The translations under genes were made by a program, and so were the position numbers. Below the pieces are notes generated by a model. It searched no databases and was not told where the DNA came from. It saw nothing but the letters and a program-made list of their open reading frames with translations. DNA of 25,000 nt from Eledone cirrhosa. Lineage: Eukaryota. Numbering within the stretch: the first letter of the stretch is position 1; each line of letters starts with the position of its first letter. Of the stretch, positions 11,625-23,501 are shown one piece after another. The stretch spans positions 1-25,000 of the forward strand of contig CAXHJY010001729.1 in the NCBI GenBank assembly GCA_964016885.1, given 5' to 3'.

Positions 11625-14600
11625 CTAAGCTAAGCTATCCTAAGCTAAGCTATCCTAAGCTAAGCTATCCTAAGCTATCCTAAGCTAAGCTATCCTAAGC
11701 TATCCTAAGCTAACCTAAGCTAAGCTATCCTAAGCTAAGCTAAGCTAAGCTATCCTAAGCTAAGCTAAGCTAAGCTATCCTAAGCTAAGCTAAGCTAAAC
11801 TATCCTAAGCTAAGCTAAGCTAAGCTATCCTAAGCTATCCTAAGCTAAGCTATCCTAAGCTAAGCTAAGCTAAGCTATCCTAAGCTAAGCTAAGCTAAGC
11901 TATCCTAAGCTAAGCTAAGCTAAGCTATCCTAAGCTAAGCTATCCTAAGCTATCCTAAGCTAAGCTAAGCTAAGCTAACCTAAGCTAAGCTATCCTAAGC
12001 TAAGCTATCCTAAGCTAAGCTATCCTAAGCTAAGCTAAGCTAAGCTTTCCTAAGCTAAGCTAAGCTGAGCTATCCTAAGCTAAGCTAAGCTATCCTAAGC
12101 TAAGCTAAGCTAAGCTATCCTAAGCTAAGCTAAGCTAAGCTATCCTAAGCTAAGCTAAGCTAAGCTATCCTAAGCTAAGCTAAGCTATCCTAAGCTAAGC
12201 TAAGCTAAGCTATCCTAAGCTAAGCTAAGCTAAGCTATCCTAAGCTATCCTAAGCTAAGCTATCCTAAGCTAAGCTATCCTAAGCTATCCTAAGCTAAGC
12301 TATCCTAAGCTAAGCTAAGCTAAGCTATCCTAAGCTAAGCTATCCTAAGCTAAGCTATCCTAAGCTATCCTAAGCTAAGCTATCCTAAGCTATCCTAAGC
12401 TAAGCTATCCTAAGCTATCCTAAGCTAAGCTATCCTAAGCTATCCTAAGCTAAGCTAAGCTAAGCTATCCTAAGCTAAGCTAAGCTAAGCTAAGCTATCC
12501 TAAGCTAAGCTAAGCTAAGCTAAGCTATCCTAAGCTAAGCTAAGCTAAGCTATCCTAAGCTATCCTAAGCTAAGCTATCCTAAGCTAAGCTATCCTAAGC
12601 TATCCTAAGCTAAGCTATCCTAAGCTATCCTAAGCTAAGCTCTCCTAAGCTAAGCTATCCAAAGCTAAGCTATCCTAAGCTATCCTAAGCTAAGCTATCC
12701 TAAGCTATCCTAAGCTAAGCTAAGCTAAGCTATCCTAAGCTAAGCTAAGCTAAGCTATCCTAAGCTAAGCTAAGCTAAGCTTTCCTAAGCTATCCTAAGC
12801 TAAGCTATTCTAAGCTAAGCTATCCTAAGCTATCCTAAGCTAAGCTATCCTAAGCTATCCTAAGCTAAGCTATCCTAAGCTATCCTAAGCTAAGCTATCC
12901 TAACCTAAGCTATCCTAAGCTATCCTAAGCTAAGCTATCCTAAGCTATCCTAAGCTAAGCTATCCTAAGCTATCCTAAGCTAAGCTAAGCTAAGCTATCC
13001 TAAACTAAGCTAAGCTATCCTAAGCTAAGCTAAGCTAAGCTATCCTAAGCTAAGCTAAGCTAAGCTAAGCTAAGCTATCCTAAGCTAAGCTAAGCTAAGC
13101 TAAGCTATCCTAAGCTAAGCTAAGCTAAGCTAAGCTATCCTAAGCTAAGCTAAGCTAAGCTAAGCTAAGCTAAGCTATCCTAAGCTAAGCTAAGCTAAGC
13201 TATCCTAAGCCAAGCTAAGCTAAGCTATCCTAAGCCAAGCTAAGCTAAGCTATCCTAAGCTAAGCTAAGCTAAGCTATCCTAAGCTAAGCTAAGCTAAGC
13301 TATCCTAAGCTAAGCTAAGCTAAGCTATCCTAAGCTAAGCTAAGCTAAGCTATCCTAACCTAAGCTAAGCTAAGCTATACTAAGCTAAGCTAAGCTAAGC
13401 TATCCTAAGCTAAGCTAAGCTAAGCTATCCTAAGCTAAGCTAAGCTAAGCTATCCTAAGCTAAGCTAAGCTATCCTAAGCTAAGCTATCCTAAGCTAAGC
13501 TAAGCTAAGCTATCCTAAGCTAAGCTAAGCTAAGCTATCCTAAGCTAAGCTAAGCTATCCTAAGCTAAGCTAAGCTAAGCTATCCTAAGCTAAGCTAAGC
13601 TATCCTAAGCTAAGCTAAGCTAAGCTATCCTAAGCTAAGCTAAGCTAAGCTATCCTAAGCTAAGCTAAGCTAAACTATCCTAAGCTAAGCTAAGCTATCC
13701 TAAGCTAAGCTAAGCTAAGCTAAGCTAAGCTAAGCTAAGCTAAGCTTTCCTAAGCTATCCTAAGCTAAGCTATCCTAAGCTAAGCTAAGCTAAGCTATCC
13801 TAAGCTAAGCTAAGCTATCCTAAGCTAAGCTAAGCTAAGCTATCCTAAGCTAAGCTATCCTAAGCTATCCTAAGCTAAGCTATCCTAAGCTATCCTAAGC
13901 TAAGCTATCCTAAGCTAAGCTATTCTAAGCTAAGCTAAGCTAAGCTATCCTAAGCTAAGCTAAGCTAAGCTATCCTAAGCTAAGCTAAGCTAAGCTATCC
14001 TAAGCTAAGCTAAGCTAAGCTATCCTAAGCTAAGCTAAGCTAAGCTATCCTAAGCTAAGCTAAGCTAAGCTATCCTAAGCTAAGTTAAGCTATCCTAAGC
14101 TAAGCTAAGCTAAGCTAAGCTATCCTAAGCTATCCTAAGCTATCCTAAGCTAAGCTATCCTAAGCTAAGCTATCCTAAGCTAAGCTATCCTAAGCTATCC
14201 TAAGCTAAGCTATCCTAAGCTATCCTAAGCTAACCTAAGCTAAGCTATCCTAAGCTAAGCTAAGCTAAGCTATCCTAAGCTAAGCTAAGCTAAGCTATCC
14301 TAAGCTAAGCTAAGCTAAACTATCCTAAGCTAAGCTAAGCTAAGCTATCCTAAGCTATCCTAAGCTAAGCTATCCTAAGCTAAGCTAAGCTAAGCTATCC
14401 TAAGCTAAGCTAAGCTAAGCTATCCTAAGCTAAGCTAAGCTAAGCTATCCTAAGCTAAGCTATCCTAAGCTATCCTAAGCTAAGCTAAGCTAAGCTAACC
14501 TAAGCTAAGCTATCCTAAGCTAAGCTATCCTAAGCTAAGCTATCCTAAGCTAAGCTAAGCTAAGCTTTCCTAAGCTAAGCTAAGCTGAGCTATCCTAAGC

Positions 14601-16649
14601 TAAGCTAAGCTATCCTAAGCTAAGCTAAGCTAAGCTATCCTAAGCTAAGCTAAGCTAAGCTATCCTAAGCTAAGCTAAGCTAAGCTATCCTAAGCTAAGC
14701 TAAGCTATCCTAAGCTAAGCTAAGCTAAGCTATCCTAAGCTAAGCTAAGCTAAGCTATCCTAAGCTATCCTAAGCTAAGCTATCCTAAGCTAAGCTATCC
14801 TAAGCTATCCTAAGCTAAGCTATCCTAAGCTAAGCTAAGCTAAGCTATCCTAAGCTAAGCTATCCTAAGCTAAGCTATCCTAAGCTATCCTAAGCTAAGC
14901 TATCCTAAGCTATCCTAAGCTAAGCTATCCTAAGCTATCCTAAGCTAAGCTATCCTAAGCTATCCTAAGCTAAGCTAAGCTATCCTAAGCTAAGCTAAGC
15001 TAAGCTAAGCTATCCTAAGCTAAGCTAAGCTAAGCTAAGCTATCCTAAGCTAAGCTAAGCTAAGCTATCCTAAGCTATCCTAAGCTAAGCTATCCTAAGC
15101 TAAGCTATCCTAAGCTATCCTAAGCTAAGCTATCCTAAGCTATCCTAAGCTAAGCTCTCCTAAGCTAAGCTATCCAAAGCTAAGCTATCCTAAGCTATCC
15201 TAAGCTAAGCTATCCTAAGCTATCCTAAGCTAAGCTAAGCTAAGCTATCCTAAGCTAAGCTAAGCTAAGCTATCCTAAGCTAAGCTAAGCTAAGCTTTCC
15301 TAAGCTATCCTAAGCTAAGCTATTCTAAGCTAAGCTATCCTAAGCTATCCTAAGCTAAGCTATCCTAAGCTATCCTAAGCTAAGCTATCCTAAGCTATCC
15401 TAAGCTAAGCTATCCTAACCTAAGCTATCCTAAGCTATCCTAAGCTAAGCTATCCTAAGCTATCCTAAGCTAAGCTATCCTAAGCTATCCTAAGCTAAGC
15501 TAAGCTAAGCTATCCTAAACTAAGCTAAGCTATCCTAAGCTAAGCTAAGCTAAGCTATCCTAAGCTAAGCTAAGCTAAGCTAAGCTATCCTAAGCTAAGC
15601 TAAGCTAAGCTAAGCTATCCTAAGCTAAGCTAAGCTAAGCTAAGCTATCCTAAGCTAAGCTAAGCTAAGCTAAGCTAAGCTATCCTAAGCTAAGCTAAGC
15701 TAAGCTATCCTAAGCCAAGCTAAGCTAAGCTATCCTAAGCCAAGCTAAGCTAAGCTATCCTAAGCTAAGCTAAGCTAAGCTATCCTAAGCTAAGCTAAGC
15801 TAAGCTATCCTAAGCTAAGCTAAGCTAAGCTATCCTAAGCTAAGCTAAGCTAAGCTATCCTAAGCTAAGCTAAGCTAAGCTATACTAAGCTAAGCTAAGC
15901 TAAGCTATCCTAAGCTAAGCTAAGCTAAGCTATCCTAAGCTAAGCTAAGCTAAGCTATCCTAAGCTAAGCTAAGCTATCCTAAGCTAAGCTATCCTAAGC
16001 TAAGCTAAGCTAAGCTATCCTAAGCTAAGCTAAGCTAAGCTATCCTAAGCTAAGCTAAGCTATCCTAAGCTAAGCTAAGCTAAGCTATCCTAAGCTAAGC
16101 TAAGCTATCCTAAGCTAAGCTAAGCTAAGCTATCCTAAGCTAAGCTAAGCTAAGCTATCCTAAGCTAAGCTAAGCTAAACTATCCTAAGCTAAGCTAAGC
16201 TATCCTAAGCTAAGCTAAGCTAAGCTAAGCTAAGCTAAGCTAAGCTAAGCTTTCCTAAGCTATCCTAAGCTAAGCTATCCTAAGCTAAGCTAAGCTAAGC
16301 TATCCTAAGCTAAGCTAAGCTATCCTAAGCTAAGCTAAGCTAAGCTATCCTAAGCTAAGCTATCCTAAGCTATCCTAAGCTAAGCTATCCTAAGCTATCC
16401 TAAGCTAAGCTATCCTAAGCTAAGCTATTCTAAGCTAAGCTAAGCTAAGCTATCCTAAGCTAAGCTAAGCTATCCTAAGCTAAGCTAAGCTAAGCTATCC
16501 TAAGCTAAGCTAAGCTAAGCTATCCTAAGCTAAGCTAAGCTAAGCTATCCTAAGCTAAGCTAAGCTAAGCTATCCTAAGCTAAGTTAAGCTATCCTAAGC
16601 TAAGCTAAGCTAAGCTAAGCTATCCTAAGCTATCCTAAGCTATCCTAAG
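11625..16649. repeat. Head-to-tail tandem duplication of a ~2.5 kb unit (11625-14144 and 14145-~16649)
   Basis: Paired variants: CTAAC 11710/14230, CTAAA 11795/14315, CTTTC 12045/14565, CTGAG 12065/14585 (offset 2520); CTCTC 12640/15155, CAAAG 12660/15175, CTATT 12805/15320 (2515); CCAAG 13210/15715, CTATA 13375/15880, CTTTC 13745/16250 (2505); TTAAG 14085/16585 (2500). Confidence 0.92.
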
Positions 16650-16974
16650 CTAACCTAAGCTAAGCTATCCTAAGCTAAGCTAAGCTAAGCTATCCTAAGC
16701 TAAGCTAAGCTAAGCTATCCTAAGCTAAGCTAAGCTATCCTAAGCTAAGCTAAGCTATCCTAAGCTAAGCTAAGCTAAGCTATCCTAAGCTATCCTAAGC
16801 TAAGCTATCCTAAGCTAAGCTAAGCTAAGCTATCCTAAGCTAAGCTAGGCTAAGCTATCCTAAGCTAAGCTAAGCTAAGCTATCCTAAGCTAAGCTAAGC
16901 TATCCTAAGCTAAGCTAAGCTAAGCTATCCTAAGCTAAGCTAAGCTAAGCTATCCTAAGCTATCCTAAGCTAAG

Positions 16975-19900
16975 CTATCCTAAGCTAAGCTAAGCTAAGC
17001 TATCCTAAGCTAAGCTAAGCTAAGCTATCCTAAGCTAAGCTAAGCTATCCTAAGCTAAGCTAAGCTAAGCTATCCTAAGCTAAGCTAAGCTAAGCTATCC
17101 TAAGCTATCCTAAGCTAAGCTATCCTAAGCTAAGCTATCCTAAGCTATCCTAAGCTAAGCTATCCTAAGCTAAGCTAAGCTAAGCTATCCTAAGCTAAGC
17201 TATCCTAAGCTAAGCTATCCTAAGCTATCCTAAGCTAAGCTATCCTAAGCTATCCTAAGCTAAGCTAAGCTAAGCTAAGCTAAGCTAAGCTATCCTAAGC
17301 TAAGCTAAGCTAAGCTATCCTAAGCTAAGCTAAGCTAAGCTATCCTAAGCTATCCTAAGCTAAGCTATCCTAAGCTAAGCTATCCTAAGCTATCCTAAGC
17401 TAAGCTATCCTAAGCTATCCTAAGCTAAGCTATCCTAAGCTAAGCTATCCTAAGCTAAGCTATCCTAAGCTATCCTAAGCTAAGCTATCCTAAGCTATCC
17501 TAAGCTAAGCTAAGCTAAGCTATCCTAAGCTAAGCTAAGCTAAGCTATCCTAAGCTAAGCTAAGCTAAGCTTTCCTAAGCTATCCTAAGCTAAGCTATCC
17601 TAAGCTAAGCTATCCTAAGCTAAGCTATCCTAAGCTATCCTAAGCTAAGCTATCCTAAGCTATCCTAAGCTAAGCTACCCTAACCTAAGCTATCCTAAGC
17701 TATCCTAAGCTAAGCTATCCTAAGCTATCCTAAGCTAAGCTAAGCTAAGCTATCCTAAGCTAAGCTAAGCTTTCCTAAGCTAAGCTAAGCTAAGCTATCC
17801 TAAGCTAAGCTAATCTATCCTAAGCTAAGCTAAGCTAAGCTATCCTAAGCTAAGCTAAGCTAAGCTATCCTAAGCTAAGCTAAGCTAAGCTATCCTAAGC
17901 TAAGCTAAGCTATCCTAAGCTAAGCTAAGCTAAGCTATCCTAAGCTAAGCTAAGCTAAGCTATCCTAAGCTAAGCTAAGCTAAGCTATCCTAAGCTAAGC
18001 TAAGCTATCCTAAGCTAAGCTAAGCTATCCTAAGCTAAGCTAAGCTAAGCTATCCTAAGCTAAGCTAAGCTAAGCTATCCTAAGCTAAGCTAAGCTAAGC
18101 TATCCTAAGCTATCCTAAGCTATCCTAAGCTAAGCTAAGCTAAGCTATCCTAAGCTAAGCTAAGCTAAGCTATCCTAAGCTAAGCTAAGCTAAGCTATCC
18201 TAAGCTAAGCTAAGCTATCCTAAGCTAAGCTAAGCTAAGCTATCCTAAGCTAAGCTAAGCTAAGCTATCCTAAGCTATCCTAAGCTAAGCTATCCTAAGC
18301 TAAGCTAAGCTAAGCTATCCTAAGCTAAGCTAAGCTAAGCTATCCTAAGCTAAGCTAAGCTAAGCTATCCTAAGCTAAGCTAAGCTAAGCTATCCTAAGC
18401 TAAGCTATCCTAAGCTATCCTAAGCTAAGCTAAGCTAAGCTAACCCAAGCTAAGCTATCCTAAGCTAAGCTATCCTAAGCTAAGCTATCCTAAGCTAAGC
18501 TAAGCTAAGCTATCCTAAGCTAAGCTAAGCTATCCTAAGCTAAGCTAAGCTAAGTTGTCCTAAGCTAAGCTAAGCTAAGCTATCCTAAGCTAAGCTAAGC
18601 TAAGCTATCCTAAGCTAAGCTAAGCTATCCTAAGCTAAGCTAAGCTAAGCTATCCTAAGCTAAGCTAAGCTAAGCTATCCTAAGCTAAGCTAAGCTAAGC
18701 TATCCTAAGCTATCCTAAGCTATCCTAAGCTAAGCTATCCTAAGCTAAGCTATCCTAAGCTATCCTAAGCTAAGCTAAGCTAAGCAATCCTAAGCTAAGC
18801 TAAGCTATCCTAAGCTAAGCTAAGCTATCCTAAGCTAAGCTAAGCTAAGCTATCCTAAGCTATCCTAAGCTAAGCTATCCTAAGCTAAGCTATCCTAAGC
18901 TATCCTAAGCTAAGCTATCCTAAGCTATCCTAAGCTAAGCTCTCCTAAGCTAAGCTATCCTAAGCTATCCTAAGCTATCCTAAGCTAAGCTATCCTAAGC
19001 TAAGCTAAGCTAAGCTAAGCTAACCTAAGCTAAGCTATCCTAAGCTAAGCTAAGCTAAGCTATCCTAAGCTAAGCTAAGCTAAGCTATCCTAAGCTATCC
19101 TAAGCTAAGCTATCCTAAGCTAAGCTATCCTAAGCTAAGCTATCCTAAGCTATCCTAAGCTAAGCTATCCTAAGCTAAGCTCTCCTAAGGTAAGCTATCC
19201 TAAGCTATCCTAAGCTAAGCTATCCTAAGCTATCCTAAGCTAAGCTAAGCTAAGCTCTCCTAAGCTAAGCTAAGCTAAGCTATCCTAAGCTAAGCTAAGC
19301 TAAGCTAAGCTATCCTAAGCTAAGCTAAGCTAAGCTACCTAAGCTAAGCTAAGCTATCCTAAGCTAAGCTAAGCTATCCTAAGCTAAGCTAAGCTAAGCT
19401 CTCCTAAGCTAAGCTAAGCTAAGCTATCCTAAGCTAAGCTAAGCTTTCCTAAGCTAAGCTAAGCTAAGCTATCCTAAGCTAAGCTAATCTATCCTAAGCT
19501 AAGCTAAGCTAAGCTATCCTAAGCTAAGCTAAGCTAAGCTATCCTAAGCTAAGCTAAGCTAAGCTATCCTAAGCTAAGCTAAGCTAAGCTATCCTAAGCT
19601 AAGCTAAGCTAAGCTATCCTAAGCTAAGCTAAGCTATCCTAAGCTAAGCTAAGCTAAGCTATCCTAAGCTAAGCTAAGCTATCCTAAGCTAAGCTAAGCT
19701 AAGCTATCCTAAGCTATCCTAAGCTATCCTAAGCTAAGCTAAGCTAAGCTATCCTAAGCTAAGCTAAGCTAAGCTATCCTAAGCTAAGCTAAGCTAAGCT
19801 ATCCTAAGCTAAGCTAAGCTATCCTAAGCTAAGCTAAGCTAAGCTATCCTAAGCTAAGCTAAGCTAAGCAATCCTAAGCTATCCTAAGCTAAGCTATCCT

Positions 19901-21300
19901 AAGCTAAGCTAAGCTAAGCTATCCTAAGCTAAGCTAAGCTAAGCTATCCTAAGCTAAGCTAAGCTAAGTTATCCTAAGCTAAGCTATCCTAAGCTATCCT
20001 AAGCTAAGCTAAGCTAAGCTAACCTAAGCTAAGCTATCCTAAGCTAAGCTATCCTAAGCTAAGCTATCCTAAGCTAAGCTAAGCTAAGCTATCCTAAGCT
20101 AAGCTAAGCTAAGCTATCCTAAGCTAAGCTAAGCTATCCTAAGCTAAGCTAAGCTAAGCTATCCTAAGCTAAGCTAAGCTAAGCTATCCTAAGCTAAGCT
20201 AAGCTATCCTAAGCTAAGCTAAGCTAAGCTATCCTAAGCTAAGCTAAGCTAATCTATCCTAAGCTATCCTAAGCTAAGCTATCCTAACCTAAGATATCCT
20301 AAGCTATCCTAAGCTAAGCTATCCTAAGCTAAGCTAAGCTAAGCTATCCTAAGCTAAGCTATCCTAAGCTAAGCTATCCTAAGCTATCCTAAGCTAAGCT
20401 ATCCTAAGCTATCCTAAGCTAAGCTATCCTAAGCTATCCTAAGCTAAGCTATCCTAAGCTATCCTAAGCTAAGCTAAGCTATCCTAAGCTAAGCTAAGCT
20501 AAGCTAAGCTATCCTAAGCTAAGCTAAGCTATCCTAAGCTAAGCTAAGCTAAGCTATCCTAAGCTATCCTAAGCTAAGCTACCTAAGCTAAGCTATCCTA
20601 AGCTATCCTAAGCTAAGCTATCCTAAGCTATCCTAAGCTAAGCTATCCTAAGCTAAGCTATCCTAAGCTAAGCTATCCTAAGCTATCCTAAGCTAAGCTA
20701 TCCTAAGCTATCCTAAGCTAAGCTAAGCTAAGCTATCCTAAGCTAAGCTAAGCTAAGCTTTCCTAAGCTATCCTAAGCTAAGCTATCCTAAGCTAAGCTA
20801 TCCTAAGCTATCCTAAGCTAAGCTATCCTAAGCTATCCTAAGCTAAGCTATCCTAAGCTATCCTAAGCTAAGCTATCCTAACCTAAGCTATCCTAAGCTA
20901 TCCTAAGCTAAGCTATCCTAAGCTATCCTAAGCTAAGCTATCCTAAGCTATCCTAAGCTAAGCTATCCTAAGCTATCCTAAGCTAAGCTAAGCTAAGCTA
21001 TCCTAAACTAAGCTAAGCTATCCTAAGCTAAGCTAAGCTAAGCTATCCTAAGCTATCCTAAGCTAAGCTATCCTAAGCTAAGCTAAGCTAAGCTATCCTA
21101 AGCCAAGCTAAGCTAAGCTATCCTAAGCCAAGCTAAGCTAAGCTATCCTAAGCTAAGCTAAGCTATCCTAAGCTAAGCTAAGCTAAGCTATCCTAAGCTA
21201 AGCTATGCTAAGCTATCCTAAGCTAAGCTAAGCTAAGCTATCCTAAGCTAAGCTAAGCTAAGCTATCCTAAGCTAAGCTAAGCTAAGCTATCCTAAGCTA
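16975..21300. repeat. ~4.3 kb higher-order block, copy 2 (paralog of ~1190-5600)
   Basis: Same ordered variant series as 1190-5600. The offset steps down 15782, 15772, 15747, 15737, 15732, 15706, through loss of whole pentamers plus one 1-nt deletion at 20579. Confidence 0.9.
19020..19488. repeat. Marker cassette copy 6
   Basis: CTAAC 19020, CTCTC-CTAAG-GTAAG 19180, extra CTCTC 19255, CTAC 19335, CTCTC 19399, CTTTC 19444, CTAAT 19484. Confidence 0.85.
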
Positions 21301-22112
21301 AGCTAAGCTATCCTAAGCTAAGCTAAGCTAAGCTATCCTAAGCTAAGCTAAGCTAAGCTATCCTAAGCTAAGCTAAGCTAAGCTATCCTAAGCTAAGCTA
21401 AGCTATCCTAAGCTAAGCTAAGCTAAGCTATCCTAAGCTAAGCTAAGCTAAGCTATCCTAAGCTAAGCTATCCTAAGCTATCCTAAGCTAAGCTAAGCTA
21501 AGCTAACCTAAGCTAAGCTATCCTAAGCTAAGCTATCCTAAGCTAAGCTATCCTAAGCTAAGCTAAGCTAAGCTATCCTAAGCTAAGCTAAGCTAAGCTA
21601 TCCTAAGCTAAGCTAAGCTATCCTAAGCTAAGCTAAGCTAAGCTATCCTAAGCTAAGCTAAGCTATCCTAAGCTAAGCTAAGCTAAGCTATCCTAAGCTA
21701 AGCTAAGCTAAGCTATCCTAAGCTAAGCTAAGCTAAGCTATCCTAAGCTATCCTAAGCTATCCTAAGCTAAGCTATCCTAAGCTATCCTAAGCTAAGCTA
21801 TCCTAAGCTATCCTAAGCTAAGCTAAGCTAAGCTATCCTAAGCTAAGCTAAGCTAAGCTATCCTAAGCTAAGCTAAGCTAAGCTATCCTAAGCTAAGCTA
21901 AGCTAAGCTATCCTAAGCTATCCTAAGCTAAGCTATCCTAAGCTAAGCTATCCTAAGCTATCCTAAGCTAAGCTATCCTAAGCTATCCTAAGCTAAGCTA
22001 TCCTAAGCTATCCTAAGCTAAGCTATCCTAAGCTAAGCTATCCTAAGCTATCCTAAGCTAAGCTATCCTAAGCTATCCTAAGCTAAGCTATCCTAAGCTA
22101 TCCTAAGCTAAG

Positions 22113-22596
22113 CTAACCTAAGCTAAGCTATCCTAAGCTAAGCTAAGCTAAGCTATCCTAAGCTAAGCTAAGCTAAGCTATCCTAAGCTATCCTAAGCTA
22201 AGCTATCCTAAGCTAAGCTATCCTAAGCTAAGCTATCCTAAGCTATCCTAAGCTAAGCTATCCTAAGCTAAGCTCTCCTAAGGTAAGCTATCCTAAGCTA
22301 TCCTAAGCTAAGCTATCCTAAGCTATCCTAAGCTAAGCTAAGCTCTCCTAAGCTAAGCTAAGCTAAGCTATCCTAAGCTAAGCTAAGCTAAGCTAAGCTA
22401 AGCTATCCTAAGCTAAGCTAAGCTAAGCTACCTAAGCTAAGCTAAGCTAAGCTATCCTAAGCTAAGCTAAGCTAAGCTAAGTTTTCCTAAGCTAAGCTAA
22501 GCTAAGCTCTCCTAAGCTAAGCTAAGCTAAGCTATCCTAAGCTAAGCTAAGCTTTCCTAAGCTAAGCTAAGCTAAGCTATCCTAAGCTAAGCTAAT
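22113..22596. repeat. Marker cassette copy 7
   Basis: CTAAC 22113, CTCTC-CTAAG-GTAAG 22273, extra CTCTC 22343, CTAC 22428, TTTTC 22482, CTCTC 22507, CTTTC 22552, CTAAT 22592. Confidence 0.85.
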
Positions 22597-23501
22597 CTAT
22601 CCTAAGCTAAGCTAAGCTAAGCTATCCTAAGCTAAGCTAAGCTAAGCTATCCTAAGCTAAGCTAAGCTAAGCTATCCTAAGCTAAGCTAAGCTAAGCTAT
22701 CCTAAGCTAAGCTAAGCTAAGCTATCCTAAGCTAAGCTAAGCTATCCTAAGCTAAGCTAAGCTAAGCTATCCTAAGCTAAGCTAAGCTATCCTAAGCTAA
22801 GCTAAGCTAAGCTATCCTAAGCTAAGCTAAGCTAAGCTATCCTAAGCTAAGCTATCCTAAGCTATCCTAAGCTAAGCTAAGCTAAGCTAACCTAAGCTAA
22901 GCTATCCTAAGCTAAGCTATCCTAAGCTAAGCTATCCTAAGCTAAGCTAAGCTAAGCTATCCTAAGCTAAGCTAAGTTAAGCTATCCTAAGCTAAGCTAA
23001 GCTATCCTAAGCTAAGCTAAGCTAAGCTATCCTAAGCTAAGCTAAGCTATCCTAAGCTAAGCTAAGCTAAGCTATCCTAAACTAAGCTAAGCTAAGCTAT
23101 CCTAAGCTAAGCTAAGCTAAGCTATCCTAAGCTATCCTAAGCTATCCTAAGCTAAGCTATCCTAAGCTATCCTAAGCTAAGCTATCCTAAGCTATCCTAA
23201 GCTAAGCTAAGCTAAGCTATCCTAAGCTAAGCTAAGCTAAGCTATCCTAAGCTAAGCTAAGCTAAGCTAAGCTATCCTAAGCTAAGCTAAGCTAAGCTAT
23301 CCTAAGCTATCCTAAGCTAAGCTATCCTAAGCTAAGCTATCCTAAGCTATCCTAAGCTAAGCTATCCTAAGCTATCCTAAGCTAAGCTATCCTAAGCTAT
23401 CCTAAGCTAAGCTATCCTAAGCTAAGCTATCCTAAGCTATCCTAAGCTAAGCTATCCTAAGCTATCCTAAGCTAAGCTATCCTAAGCTATCCTAAGCTAA
23501 G

